Below, piece by piece: positions 1-13,099 of a DNA stretch of 64,000 nucleotides; positions within the stretch are counted from its first letter, which is position 1; the number at the start of each line of letters is the position of its first letter. The DNA comes from Octopus vulgaris (lineage: Eukaryota), in the NCBI GenBank assembly GCA_951406725.2, contig OX597834.1, forward strand, positions 5,518,001-5,582,000, written 5' to 3'. Under the pieces are notes generated by a model, which was given only the letters and a program-made list of their open reading frames with translations, ran no database searches and was not told the DNA's origin. The position numbers and the translations under genes are program-made.

Positions 1-40
1 TCGACTCCCAGTATCTATTTCTTAAGGCCAAGTCTATCAG

Positions 41-91
<51 letters not shown>

Positions 92-94
<3 letters not shown>

Positions 95-380
95 GGAAAG
101 TTTACGAAAATAAACAAAAGACGAAGGCAGGTGGAGTACAAACAAACAAATGTATTAGTATAGCACTCAGGAATAGAAAAAGTCTTTTACGTTTCGAGCC
201 TACGCTCTTCTACAGAAAGGGACACAGAATAAAACAAGGAGAGAAAAAAAGGAGAGAAAAAAATGCGTGTAGGAGCTAACGATCTATCATGACGTCCTGA
301 CTTCGGACAGTGGTCAGACGCGAGAGGGACAGTAGGGGAGATAACAGGGTCAAGTGACTTCCAATACGAAGGTGCTCCCA
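92..380 (-). mobile_element. Penelope-like element terminal (pLTR-type) fragment with hammerhead-like motif, abutting (TA)n
   Basis: Minus strand 184-219 reads cttt-CTGTAGA-a-gagc-gtag-gctc-GAAACGTA-aaag, a minimal type I hammerhead layout. A near-identical copy lies on + at 10200-10345. The 3' end runs into (TA)n at 46-91. Confidence 0.6.
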
Positions 381-409
381 TATATACGTGTGTGTGTGTA
401 TGTTTGTGT

Positions 410-454
<45 letters not shown>

Positions 455-459
<5 letters not shown>

Positions 460-625
460 GTGTGTTTACGTCCCCGTAACTTAGCGGCTCGCAAAAGCAA
501 CCGATAGAATAAGTACCAAGCTTAAGAAAATTAACTACTAGGGTCGATTCATTCGATTAAATAATTCTTTAAGACGGTACCCCAGCATGGCCGCAATCTA
601 AAGACTGACATACATTAAAGAAAAA
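455..625 (+). mobile_element. SINE family B, 3' half
   Basis: gctggtgtgtttacgtccccgtaacttagcgg...cagcatggccgca...aaagaaaa matches the full copy at 9142-9560. Confidence 0.85.
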
Positions 626-1265
626 TGAATATCTCAGTCGATCGCAGCAGAATCAACGAAGATAGAGCAGAATTTGCTTCTGTGGAATGTCCACCATATA
701 TCTGCACCATTATGAATAATATTGCGTTCTTCGATCATAGTCTATGAATGAAAAAGCAGCTCCATCCGGTTTGGCACAAGAATTCAAGACTTTGGGATTA
801 CGTCTAAACTTTGAAGGGGAAAAGTCTTCGTCAACATCCTGTTGGTTACTAATGAGAGACTACGTTTTCAGACGCTAGTGTAGTAGGTCTTCCTGGGAGA
901 ATTCTATAGCAAACGGCATTTTAGCATTTCTAGCTCTCTGTATTTTTCTGAGTGTTTTCTCTAAGTCAGTATTTATTTTAATTTGTTTGACGTGATGGGT
1001 TGTTGTTTGCCCATACGTCCGTAACGGGGTTCTTACATAACTGTCAAGGCATCCTTATATAGAGTAAAAGAATGAGTCAGCGTGTGATTGATAGGTTGTA
1101 CTTAATTGCAACCCATTTCATTTCATGTAGATCCACGTTGTGAAATTGTTGCGCTGGAATCAAAGTTCCGGATCAGGTTCTGACAAATAGCGCTAGCCGG
1201 AATATGTGTGTGTGTGTTTTCGTAATCAGAACAGTGAATATCGAATAATAGCATCTAAATAACAC

Positions 1266-1324
<59 letters not shown>

Positions 1325-1530
1325 CACAATACACAAACACTCACACACGCAAACACATGTATGTATATGTATATGTCATTTTTATAATTTTGCTCGCTTC
1401 ACTCATTGGACTGCAGTCATGTTGTGTAAACCGTTCATTGGTTGAAGCGATCTTTTTGACCCAAGTTATCATTTTCATATTTGTTACATATTTGAACCTT
1501 CTCTACTTATCGAAGCACAATAAACAACGA
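620..1530 (-). pseudogene. Decayed iGluR/IR-like remnant (end of M1, pore, M3, S2)
   Basis: Manual minus-strand translation across frames gives LFIVLR..ENDNLGQKDRF, FTQHDCSPMSEASKII (cf. AMPA-type FMQQGCDISPRSLSGRIV), AICQNLI, VAIKY and PFAIEF. It has many stops and is split by a (CA)n array. Confidence 0.35.
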
Positions 1531-1651
1531 AACACACGCATATACGGACAGGTACTGACGCACAACTACCGTATCCATACACACGTACCCAGTACTCGTA
1601 CAAGAAAACAAACACATATGCGTGTATTTATATTACTATATATATGTCTGT

Positions 1652-1776
<125 letters not shown>

Positions 1777-2159
1777 GGGCATATCTTAATAAAATAAATC
1801 GGTGCTTAAGAAAATATCACTTCATTTATTAACGGTATCTATAGCGCAGCTTAAAAATATATATTACTAATATAAGAGAAATGTTTGCTTTCTTTAGTAT
1901 AAGTGTCATTTTGGTAGAAGGGGAAAGAATACAAACACAAACACTTGAGTGTTTTCAAAGACTAAAGAAAATTTTTAAATAACAACATTTTCTGATTAGT
2001 TGCTTTTTGTGTGTGTGTGTGTTTTTACTTGTTTACTATCTTTACTTTGTTATGTTTTTTTTTTTTTTTGCTGGAAATATTAAAAAAAAAAAGCAGAATT
2101 CTTTTGCCAATTATCTATTTTCTGTTTCCATAATAAGAAGAAAAAGAAAAAACAAGAAA

Positions 2160-2202
2160 AACGAAGTAGTAGTAGCAGCAGCAGTAGCTCATATGGTAGT
2201 AA

Positions 2203-2237
<35 letters not shown>

Positions 2238-2396
2238 AAAAGTAAAATGATAAGGCTGATGTTAATAATAGTTACGACAATATTAATAATATATTGATTT
2301 CTATCAAAACATAAGCAAGAAGTAGAAGGAGGAGGAAGAGGAAGTGGAAGAGGAGGAGGAGGAGGTGGGGAGAGAAGAAAACGGAGGAGGAGTGGT

Positions 2397-2427
<31 letters not shown>

Positions 2428-2429
2428 GG

Positions 2430-2461
<32 letters not shown>

Positions 2462-2606
2462 GGAAGAAGAAGAAGAAGAAGAAGAAGAAGAAGAGAAGAA
2501 GAAGAAGTAAAAGAAGAAGAAGAAGAAGAAGAGAAGAAGAAGAAGAGAGGAAGAAGAAGAAGAAGAAGAAGAAGAAGAACAACAACAACAACAACAACAA
2601 TAATAA
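2160..2606. repeat. Compound microsatellite (GTA)n / (GAA)n / (AAC)n
   Basis: Directly visible; it explains the poly-V, E, R, K and N ORFs. Confidence 0.95.
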
Positions 2607-2614
2607 TCCTTTCT

Positions 2615-2826
2615 ACTAATGTCACAAAACTCTGAAATTTGTAAAGAGGGGGGATAATCGATTACACCGATCCTATTGCTGAACTGCTACTTAATTTATT
2701 GACCCCCACAAAACGGTAGAAAGGCAAAGTTGATCTCGGAAGAATTTGAACTCAAAATACGAAAATACGGATAAAATACAGTTCAGCATTTTATCCGTCA
2801 TACTAACGCTTCAGCCAGATCACCGC
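2615..2826 (-). mobile_element. SINE family A, diverged copy
   Basis: aaggcaaagttgatctcggaagaatttgaactc core in reverse orientation. Confidence 0.75.
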
Positions 2827-2839
2827 ATTTATAATAATA

Positions 2840-3475
2840 ATATGGTTAAGCTTGTTCACTGGAGACTATGTGAAAAGTACGGTCTGAACGAGCTCGGAAA
2901 CGGTACGAACATAAACCAGGAATCACCGAAAACAATGGATACAAGATACTGTGATATATTACAATCCAATGTGACTCCCTAATCGATGCTCAGGGACCAG
3001 ACATTGTTCTGGTAAACAGAGAGGAAAAAGTAAACCAATATCATATATATAAAACAATACCTGAAGATGCACGCTTAAGTGACAAAGAACTAGAAAAGTT
3101 GGAAAAGTACAGATTACTAAAAGACGAAAGTGCAAGAATGTGGACTATGAGGAGAGTGTCTGTCATCCCAGTAGTTGTAAGGGTACTCGGAACACTAACA
3201 ACCAAGTTCGAGAAATATGTCAGAGAAATCGGAATTGACATGAGAGCAGAGTAATCCGCTCCCACACACAAAAAAAACTGCTCTGCGGTGGACAGCTAGG
3301 ATTTTGAGGTTGGTTCCTAGGTATTGAATGTTTTCCACGGTAATTAACAACCAATTGTCAAAGCTTATAATGTGAGCAAAGAGACCCTGTGAGACCTCTG
3401 ACAGCAGACTGCTGTCTGCTCTCCCACAATCAACAAGAGCAAAGAAGGCCGAGCACTCTGAGAAGTAAAACAATT
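2840..3475 (+). mobile_element. R4/Dong-clade non-LTR retrotransposon 3' fragment (restriction-like endonuclease)
   Basis: KLVHWRLCEKYGL...PDIVLVNREEK...EKLEKYRLLKDESARMW..VIPVVV..LGT across frameshifts, followed by a 3' UTR. Confidence 0.8.
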
Positions 3476-3479
3476 ATTA

Positions 3480-3820
3480 TATTTTCTATTCTACGCACAA
3501 GGCCCGAAGTTTTTATAGAAGGGGCCTGTCGATTAGATCGACCCCAGTACGCAATTGATACTTAATTTATCGACCCCGAAAGGATGAAAGACAAAGTCGA
3601 CCTCGGCGGAATTTGAACTAAGAACGTAACGGCAGACGAAATACCTATTTCTTTACTACCCACAAGGGGCTAAACACAGAAGGGACAAACAAGGACAGAC
3701 AAACGGATTAAGTCGATTATATCGACCCCAGTGCGTAACTGGTACTTAATTTATCGACCCCGAAAGGATGAAAGACAAAGTCGACCTCAGCGGAATTTGA
3801 ACTCAGAACGTAACGGCAGA
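3480..3820 (-). mobile_element. SINE family A, head-to-tail dimer
   Basis: Two copies of gtcgattatatcgaccccagtgcgtaactggtac...gaatttgaactcagaacg joined at ggcagacgaaatac|ctatttctttactacc. Confidence 0.9.
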
Positions 3821-3829
3821 ATGATCCAA

Positions 3830-4955
3830 AGATCTAAAATAGGAAGGAAATAAAGAATTAAATGGAGACAGTAGTCCACCACGAGACTTAATTGAAAGAT
3901 TGTCATCTGACCAAATCACACAAAGGTTTAAAGAAATAAGAAATTCTAATGAACTTGATAAAGGTAGCCAGGAAAGGTGAAGGAATTTGATTTGAAAACC
4001 GCACGTTTGATGAAGAACACAGAGAGTCTATGTTCAAGGTGAAGTGCAAAATTCTGGGTGAGCGTGCAGTTGTAAGACATATAAGTATAAATGATAGAGA
4101 ACCACATTATAAACTGTCAAATACAAACAAAAAAAATTTCTAACTATATAACAAAAGAACTCATACAAGAATTAACACTTGAACTTACTGAGTTAAATTA
4201 TTGATGCATCTGCGAAGGCAACTGAAACCAGCTGTAAAAAAAAAAAGGAAAAACAAACACACGAAGAAAACCAAACTTAAGGAGAATTCCAAACTGGAAA
4301 AGGAAAAGTGAAAACATTAGATTGAATTAATGAGAGAGGAAATATCAATGTGAGCTAATCTGTGAAAATGATGTAAGATCCAGAAAAACAAGAAAGATGA
4401 AGAGAAAATATGGATTCTCACCAAGAGAAAAACTGATATCAATAAAAGAAACACTGAACCAAAAACATTCAAGCAAAAGCTCAAAGAATACGAAGATTTG
4501 AGAAGAGAAACGATTTTTACAAGCAAAATAAGCTGTTTAGAGACAGAGGGCGAAGGCTTCAGGTTAGATGCTCAAGATCAAAGCTTATTGATCCAGAACT
4601 ACCAAGCCAGTGTGATGAAAACTGGAATAGATCCAAAGTACCGATTCTGTAAAGATGAAATTGAAACAGTGGGCCCTCTAATATCTGGATGTAAAATTTA
4701 ACCTCAGCAGAGTATAAATCAAGATATGACAGAAATGGTGATATATCTACATTGGTTAATATGTCAACATTATAAGATCAAGTGGTATAAGTACCTCCCT
4801 GATACTGTAACCGAAGGGGAAAATATAAAGATTCTTTGAGACTTTCCAGTACATACAGACAGAACCATCACAGCTAATAACACGAATATTGATGTAAAAG
4901 ACCAAGATAATAAAGATTGCTTATTGATCAGCATGAGTATTCCTTGTGATCCATA
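3830..4955 (+). mobile_element. Internally deleted R4/Dong-like LINE remnant
   Basis: LETEGEGFRLDAQDQSLLIQNYQ..DPKYRFCKDEIETV..LISGC (zinc-knuckle region) and DFPVHTDRTI..KDCLLI.MSIPCD are homologous to 56015-57090. The upstream part is poorly resolved. Confidence 0.7.
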
Positions 4956-4959
4956 ATAT

Positions 4960-5640
4960 ATGTGCGTTACTGAATAAATTGAGCAGTCCATTCCTACGAC
5001 GGAATGCAACTCCCAGATGGCCCCGTGAGGATCAAAGACAACCCGATTTTGTCATGAGTGAGATCTTCCATCCTATCACACTTAAGTATGATTTCATGGC
5101 TATATTTTATGCAAAAATAATGACAAACCGAAAGTCAACATTGTCGACAATATCCCAATGCCTTCCTTCTCATAATTCTAAAATCCGGACACTGTGACAT
5201 CGGGCGGTTAGCCAGTGCAACGACGCACAAGTCCTGGCGTTCTCCATGCAAGAGTCGTAGTCTTAAAATCTAGGCACCCACTTTTATATACTCTGCCGTA
5301 ACCGAGATAGGAGAAATTTAGTCACACATCAGCGGGAGCTCCTTCCATCTACTTTCAAGAATATATGAATAGCCGCTTTTATTTTTGAAGAGAATATTAT
5401 GTCAGCTTCTTCCTTAACTCGAAGTTAAATTCTTCAACGAAGAAAGCTGTTATTATCGATAGTAACGCGTTCATTCCTTCTGTCCCTTAATGTAGCTGAA
5501 AGCGAAGAGCTCCATTTAACCCACAGCGGTCGAAAAAGGGAAATCATTATTGTTGAATGCACTGTATTTTTTTCCATTTTATTTGATATTTTCAACCTTA
5601 TTCTCTTATATTTTAGTCTTCCCTTTTAGACATATATTTA
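4960..5640 (-). pseudogene. Possible decayed iGluR/IR-like remnant
   Basis: NNDFPF, KEEADIIF, CVTKFLL, ILSTMLTFGLSLFL and DRMEDL occur in S1-M3-S2 order across frames; the match is weak. Confidence 0.25.
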
Positions 5641-6054
5641 AGCTTGAAACTCTCTATGCTTGACTTTTTGCTGTGCTTTTTTTTTTCGTTAATTCAGTAT
5701 TTTCGGCTGAAAGAAATTCGTCGACATGTTTGTGTACATTATTTAAGTTGCTACTATCACCTTGGCAGCAAGGTTGTCATCATCGCACAGCCACTCACGT
5801 TTCCATCTCTTGCACATCGTTGTAAGTATTGCTCGCGGCTATTAACCAAAATACTTAAACACTTTCAAATGCCGAAAGACAAAACCTTTATTCTACTGTC
5901 GGTAATGGAGTGCTTCCTCTAAAACAAGCATACGTTTTCCAGTTAGCAAAACTGGAAGGGAAAAGTTAAGTTGTTTTTTTTTCTAAATTAATCAAGTTAA
6001 GAATTACTTTCCGCACAGAACTGAAACGGATATTTTGTTCAGTTCAACATTGCA

Positions 6055-6243
6055 TACGACGATGATGGTGATGATGAGGAGGAGGAGGATGGTGATGATG
6101 ATGATGGTGATGATGATGGTGATGATGATGATGATGATGATGATGGTGGTGAGGATGATGAAGGCGATGATGACGATGGGGATGATGATGGTGGTGATGA
6201 TGATGAGGATGATGATAGTGGTGATGATGATGATGATGGTGAC

Positions 6244-6274
<31 letters not shown>

Positions 6275-6300
6275 GTGATGAAGGTGATGATGATAATGAC

Positions 6301-6332
<32 letters not shown>

Positions 6333-6435
6333 CGATGATGAGGTTGATGATGTTGATGATGGTGATGATGAGGATGATAATGATGATGATGGTGATAATG
6401 GTGATGATGATGATGACAATGACGACAACAGCAAC
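6055..6435. repeat. Degenerate (GAT)n trinucleotide array
   Basis: About 380 bp of gat/ggt/gag/gac triplets. Confidence 0.95.
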
Positions 6436-6582
6436 AATAAATATACCAAGGGATGTATTACATCCAATGTGATCATGAAATTGAACATCTAAAGCAGGAT
6501 ACAATGATTGTGAGTAAAGCGGACAAACCTGTTTACTCATAGATATTGCATGCTCTGGTGCCGACTTAGTCTTTTGAACTAT

Positions 6583-6860
6583 AGGCGTAGGAGTGGCTGT
6601 GTGGTAAGTAATTTGCTTACCAGCCACATGGTTCTGGGTTCAGTCCCACTGCGTAGCACCTTGGGCAAGTGTCTTCTACTATAGCCTCGGGCCGACCATA
6701 GCCTTGTGGGTGGATTTGGTAAACGGAAACTGAAAGAAGCCCGTCGTATATATATGTATATATATATATGTATGTGTGTGTATATGTTTGTGTGTCTGCG
6801 TTTGTCCCCCCCAACATCGCTTGACTACCGATGCTGGTGTGTTTACGTCTCCGTAATTGT
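6583..6860 (+). mobile_element. SINE family B (tRNA head plus CORE-like domain)
   Basis: ggcgtaggagtggctgtgtggtaag (A box), ggttcagtccc (B box), CORE-like accttgggcaagtg, and an internal (TA/TG)n tract. Confidence 0.9.
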
Positions 6861-6951
6861 AGGAGTAGAAGTGGTTCACACAACACGCACACGCACACAC
6901 ACACACACACACGGACTGACAACTTGCATTTTAATATATAATAGCAAGAGG

Positions 6952-7162
6952 AATCTTTTCTACCATAGGTACAAAAGCCTGAAATTTTAGGGGAAGGGAA
7001 CAGTCGATTACATCGACGCCAGCGCTCGACTCGTACTTTATTCATCGACCAAAAAAGGCAATGTCAATCTTGGCGAAACTGGAACTCATAATGCAAACAC
7101 GGACAAAGTGCTGCTAAGCATTTCGCCCAGTGTGCTACCGATTCTGCCAGCTCGCTGCCTTG

Positions 7163-7220
<58 letters not shown>

Positions 7221-7420
7221 TAATAATAATAACAATGATAATGATAATAATAATAATAATCCTTTCTTCTAAAGGTACAAGGCCTCACACTTTGGGGTAT
7301 GGGTTAAGTCGATTACATCGACCCCAGTATTCAACTCGTACTTATTTCATCGACCTCGAAAGAATGAAAGGCAAAATCGACCTCCACGGAATTTGAAATC
7401 AGAACGCAAAGACGGGCGAA
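6952..7420 (-). mobile_element. Two SINE family A copies separated by (AAT)n
   Basis: Copies at about 6952-7160 and 7260-7420, with (AAT)n at 7162-7260. Confidence 0.8.
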
Positions 7421-7424
7421 AAGA

Positions 7425-7866
7425 ACACCAGGCCAGATATAGTTGTCAGAGATCATGAAGAAAAAAAATGCTTTCTATTTGATGTATCAATACCAGCAGA
7501 TGACAACGTGTCTCTAAAAGAAATGGAGAAACTCTCAAAGTACAAAGACCTGAAAATAGAGGTAACTAGAATGTGGAATCTAAAAACAGAAACAATTCCT
7601 ATCATAGTAGATGCATTAGGCATGATAAAAAAATATTCAGACAAATATATAACAAAAACACCAAGACTTACAAACACACATAACATACAGAAAATTGCAC
7701 TACTAGGCACTGCACACATCCTACGCAGAACACTTTCCATACAATAACCATCAGAGCATCACAACAAATCACAGCAAATACCCAAGGCACACAGAGCTGC
7801 GCTCGGTAGTGAAGTGAAATCACGTGAGAAAAAATAAGACTACTGAACAATAATAATAATAATAAT
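7425..7866 (+). mobile_element. R4/Dong-like LINE, 5'-truncated 3' end
   Basis: RPDIVVRDHEEKKCFLFDVSIPADDNVSLKEMEKLSKYKDLKIEVTRMW (PD..D..K endonuclease), then a 3' UTR ending in (AAT)n. Near-identical to the reverse complement of 14218-14630. Confidence 0.92.
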
Positions 7867-7997
7867 TAGAACAACAACAACAACAAATGTACACAGGTAC
7901 TAAAGGGTGGACATGGGTTGTGCCTTTAGAAGAAAGGATTATTATATTATTATTGTTGTCGTTGTTGTTGTTGTTGTTATTATTATTATTATTGTTG

Positions 7998-8032
<35 letters not shown>

Positions 8033-8099
8033 GTTGTTGTTATTATTAGTAGTAGTATTATTTGTTAAAATATTGACCCCAGTGGGACATCAACTCGAA

Positions 8100-9000
8100 G
8101 AGTCAGTATGAACCCCGAATGGTGTTTCCTAACACTCTTACGACTTTTCATAATAGCCAAAGTTGCTGAACAGACACAAAAATACGATGTACATTTAAAC
8201 AGGTTTACAATTATTTGTGTGGTGGGACCAAAAAATTATACAAAGACGTATAAAGGATTGACAGTCGTTATGTAATTAAAACAAGGACAAATTTAAAATT
8301 TACAAAATATGTAATTACCCCGAAAGAGTAACTGGACAAAATGTAATGAAGCAGAAAATAATCAATGCAAATTTTTAGGTTTACCATCTAAATATGGGGT
8401 GAGATGAGGGTCAATGGCTTGGCTAGCTTGTGCAAGCAATGTCCTAAATCACCGGTTATTGGTTCTACTTTAGCCGGCGAGCTGGCAGAGTCGTTAGCAC
8501 GCCGGGTGAAATGCTTAGCAGTATTTCGTCTGCCGCTACGTTCTGAGTTCAAATTCCGCCGAGGTCGACTTAGCCTTTCATCCTTTCGGCGTCGATTAAA
8601 TAAGTACCAGTTATGCACTGGGGTCGATATAATCGACTTAATCCGTTTGTCTGTCCTTGTTTGCTCCCTCTGTGTTTAGCCCCTTCTGGGTAGTAAAGAA
8701 ATAGGTTATTGGTTCTACTGCTTCGTCGTGTATTCGAAGACATTGGTTAACGGTTTAGAATTGTTTAAGATCGATATAAAGTCATGTTATCATGAATCTA
8801 TTGTTTCAGTTCTGTGTAATAACTTTCTGTTGCATCTAACAACAATGTATCCATTGCATGCTTTCTTGTGACTTAGTCGTATTTACATCGGTAGAATATC
8901 GATGACAAAACAGATACGTGATTTTGCCTCTTAGATATTCGTTTTGTCTCCATAGGAAGTTGAATCTGAAGACATTGCTCTTTTCAACATCATTATCATC
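8100..9000 (-). pseudogene. Possible decayed iGluR/IR-like remnant split by a SINE
   Basis: CNGYIV (S1-like), LHKLAKPLTL (pre-M1, cf. SLYKPLTL near 46500) and LSILYTSLYNF (M3-like). Confidence 0.3.
8470..8703 (+). mobile_element. SINE family A, full monomer with 16-bp TSD
   Basis: Head ggcgagctggcagagtcgttagc and B box gagttcaaattcc. TSD ggttattggttctact at 8454-8469 and 8704-8719. Confidence 0.95.
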
Positions 9001-9141
9001 AGAGTTCAGAGGGGGGGGGCATCATTATCGTTTTGAGGAGGTTGTTTTTGTCCACCCGTTTTAGTTGATTTTTGTTGCTTTTCAATTTCTTCTTTCCTTC
9101 ACTTTTCTCTTTCACTTTTTGAAATTCTCCAGACTGGAGGA

Positions 9142-9560
9142 TAGGCGCAGGAGTGGCTGTGTGGTAAGTAGCTTGCTAACCAGCCATATGGTTCCGGGTT
9201 CAGTCCCACTGCGTGGCATCTTGGGCAAGTGTCTTCTGCTATAGCCCCGGGCCGACCAATGCCTTGTGAGTGGATTTGGTAGACGGAAACTGTAAGAAGC
9301 CTGTCGTATATATGTATATAGTATGTGTGTGTTTGTGTGTCTGTGTTTGTCCCCCTAGCATTGCATGACAACCGATGCTGGTGTGTTTACGTCCCCGTCA
9401 CTTAGCGGTTCGGCAAAAGAGACCGATAGAATAAGTACTGGGCTTACAAAGAATAAGTCCCGGTGTCGATTTGCTCGACTAAAGGCGGTGCTCCAGCATG
9501 GCCGCAGTCAAATGACTGAAACAAGTAAAAGAGTAAAGAGTAAAGAGTAAAAGAGTTAAA
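9142..9560 (+). mobile_element. SINE family B, full length
   Basis: tRNA-like head, CORE-like segment, central microsatellite, and 3' tail ggcggtgctccagcatggccgcagtcaaatgactgaaacaagt(aaagagt)n. Confidence 0.93.
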
Positions 9561-10199
9561 GTAGTTACGTCCACAACCAGCATCGATCCCATATTACACA
9601 ACAATGAGGTGGTGGTGTTGCCGGTTTCTACTGTTAAGGGATAGAGCGTCTGCTCGCTTCTTTTCGGGTACAAGGTGGATGCCCCTCAGAGCCCTAACTA
9701 GTGCTCTGGAATCTGGAACTTCTTGTTGCTGCCTCGGTTGGTTTCACTGCTGTCATTTCCTTCTCACTTTCTCAGCGCTTTCCATTCCGTCAAAGCAAAT
9801 ATCCCTCACTGCATATATAGCAGCCAAAGTCTCTGTTCTGTACACATATTTAATCCCCACTCATTACCGAAAGCTGAACAGTTATCTCCCTTACACACAA
9901 CAATAACAATAATAACAACCAACTACCTCCCTTTATTTATCTACTTGTGAAGTCATTCACTCATGAATTTCATCATACACAACATGGACCAAACTTCTTC
10001 TTAAGAAAAAATATATATTCAAATAAATAAAACATAATATCATGAATAGCGGTAGCGAAACCGGTCGATATATTAACATTTATATTAAAACTATGTAAAT
10101 GTGCGTATTTTCCTTCTTTAATTTCTTATGTACATTACAACTCACCACGTGGGGATAATCGAAATTCCTCTTTTCTTTTACTACTACTATATATATATA

Positions 10200-10345
10200 T
10201 CTTTGTTTTTTCTGTGTGCCTTTCTGTAGAAGAGCGTAGACTCGAAACGTAAAAGACTTTTCCTTTTCCTGAGCGTTATACTAATACGTCTGTTTCTTTT
10301 GTACACCACCTGTCTTAGTCTTTTGTGTTTTTCGTAAACTCTCCC
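10200..10345 (+). mobile_element. PLE terminal fragment with hammerhead-like motif between (TA)n tracts
   Basis: Same family as 92-380; motif at 10220-10255. Confidence 0.6.
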
Positions 10346-10347
10346 TA

Positions 10348-10416
<69 letters not shown>

Positions 10417-10418
<2 letters not shown>

Positions 10419-10860
10419 CATATAATTAAGGGCTAAAGAGGGTTATTCTAAAGCCAATACACTGATTTATCCACTTATAATCCGCTTGCTACAGGAGCAA
10501 TTTTTATTTTTAGATATAAGTGATGTACTCAAGTGTAGTTATGTTTTTAGCTTGTGCTTTTTCCATGATCATACGTGAGTATTTTATTTATATCCCATCG
10601 AAAGCTCTACTGAAGAAAGAATATATCTTTTTATAAGATTAATTCCGAAATTGATTCAATATAGAGATAACGAAATTTTAAATTTTCTAAAGGTTAGTTG
10701 CCCGTTTTCAGTTTCAATTCTCCTGTAGCAAGCGGATTATAAGTGGATAAATCAGTGTATTGGCTTTAGAATAACCCTCTTTAGCCCTTAATTATATGAT
10801 GTTTATACTTCAACCGTAACGGTTTTTTTAAATATACTGCCCACGCTTCCTGATGGATTC
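10417..10860 (+). mobile_element. PLE-like fragment with an 81-bp perfect inverted repeat and an internal hammerhead
   Basis: 10417-10497 is the exact reverse complement of 10720-10800. The spacer contains a type I hammerhead fold at 10605-10666. Confidence 0.6.
10605..10666 (+). ncRNA. Type I hammerhead ribozyme motif
   Basis: Stem I ctcta/tagag, core CTGAAGA, stem II gaat..attc with inner atctt/aagat, GAAA, stem III attg/caat, cleavage triplet ATA. The first stem II pair is mismatched. Confidence 0.55.
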
Positions 10861-10902
10861 ATTCTCTGTAGAGAAAGGGACTTCATCCTATATTGTTAGT
10901 AG

Positions 10903-10944
<42 letters not shown>

Positions 10945-10969
10945 CATGTACACACATAGTACATTATTG

Positions 10970-11155
10970 ATTTCAAATTTTGGCACAAGACTAGAAATTT
11001 CGGGAGTAGGAGTAAATCGATTACATCGACCCCACTGCACACCTGGTATTTATTCTATTGATCCCGAAAGAATGAAAGGGAAAGTCAGCCTTGGTGGCAC
11101 TTGAAATTAGGACGTAAAGTCGGAAGAAAAACCGCTAAGCATTTTTTCCGGCAGA
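10970..11155 (-). mobile_element. SINE family A, diverged copy
   Basis: cgattacatcgacccc...gaatgaaagggaaagtc...accgctaagcatttt. Confidence 0.75.
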
Positions 11156-11251
11156 TCGTATATATATATATATGTATAAATGTAATATAATTGCAATGAG
11201 AAAAGTACTGAACAGGATGTCTCTAAGATGGTAAAGGTATCGATAGTAGTG

Positions 11252-11290
<39 letters not shown>

Positions 11291-11687
11291 TTAGTACTTC
11301 ATTTCTTTTTAATAAATTTCGCTTTTATAGTGCAGTTTTTTTCTCTTTCTTCACTTGTTGCAAAGTTCTTTCTCCGGTTCTATATTGAGAGAATGTGCTC
11401 AGAATAATAAAGTTGCTATCACTGACTAAATAAGAAAAACGAAGTGTGCAAAAACAGAAAATTGCTAGAAAATATATATAAATACAGCTAGTTTATGGTG
11501 ATAAACAATACAACACTGCTTCATCCTTTAGCTGTAGGCTCAACTAATTATTGAACTTATCAGTTTTAAAATCATTGAGATTATCATAGAAGGAGATGGA
11601 TGCGTGTATGTGTGTCTGTGTGCGGTGTGTTTCTGTACCTTTTTTTCAAATTATTTCTGTACATCTTTATGTATGCATATATATATG

Positions 11688-11754
<67 letters not shown>

Positions 11755-11760
11755 ATATAT

Positions 11761-11810
<50 letters not shown>

Positions 11811-12104
11811 GTATGTATATATACATATATATCTATCTATATATATATATATATACACACAGATACATGCATATATATATGTACACATACGTATATGGCA
11901 CACCGTTATGTATTATGTAAGTATGCTTATGCGCGCGTATATGTAATTATGTAGGCATATATGCGTGCAGGTTACTACTATATATATATATATATATATA
12001 TATATCCATGCATAAATAAATGCATGCACACAGGCATATCTGTCTATGTTTGTACACTTACGTGTATATATTCATACCTGTCTTTTTTTTGGTTCTTCGT
12101 GTGA

Positions 12105-12170
<66 letters not shown>

Positions 12171-13099
12171 ATAATACACGCACACACACAAACATATATA
12201 TATATATATGTTTGTCTGGTGTTACAGAAAAAAAGACACGAAGAGAACTCTGTAGGAAATGGGAGTGTATATAATGTTCTATTTTCATTTTCATTTATTT
12301 TTTTTTTTTAGATTGCGATAGGTGTACTCCTAAAACAAATTTACATACTACAAGGATTACGCACAAACACACACATCCGCACATGTATCTATCTATCTAT
12401 ATCTATCTATATATATATATATATATAAACATATATATAAATACATAAATATATTTACATACATATATATAAACACACACACACATATATATATACATAT
12501 ATACATATATATATATACACACATATATATAAATATATATATATAAATGTGTAAATATATACATATAAGAATACCTATGATTAAGTTACCATATATACAT
12601 TTACGGATATATATAAGTGTATATATATTATATATGGAAGCATGCATGTAGCCCATATAAAAAAATTTATATATAAATACGCCTAGATATACATTTTATC
12701 TATGTAATTAGACATATATACTTACATATCCTCTCATTATTGGCGCAAACTAGCATGTACACTCACATGCACACTGGAACACACACAAACACGCACATAC
12801 ACACAATCATATACCTTCATATATGTTTGTGTGTGTGTGTGTATGTGTGCATTCTGTATGTAGCCATTCATAAATACATATGGAGGCGTTAAAAAACTGC
12901 TCAAGCTAAAGAAGAAACAGCCCATTGCACGAAATAAGGAATCCACATAAATATATTATCAGTGACAAACAGGCAAAAAAACACTTCATTATTTTCGTAT
13001 GACTTTAGAAATATATTTCCCAGCACTCTCGTCATCGTTGTCTTGATTTCCTCCACCTCCTCCTCCTCATTTGTACCATCATCATCATCATCATTTTCT

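Noticed and set aside
8470-8560. tRNA genes suggested by A and B boxes in SINE heads
   Set aside because: There is no complete cloverleaf, and each head continues into a SINE body with TSDs.
9560-9850. ORF 9604-9906 and its antisense frame
   Set aside because: No recognisable motif on either strand; probably an unclassified repeat fragment.
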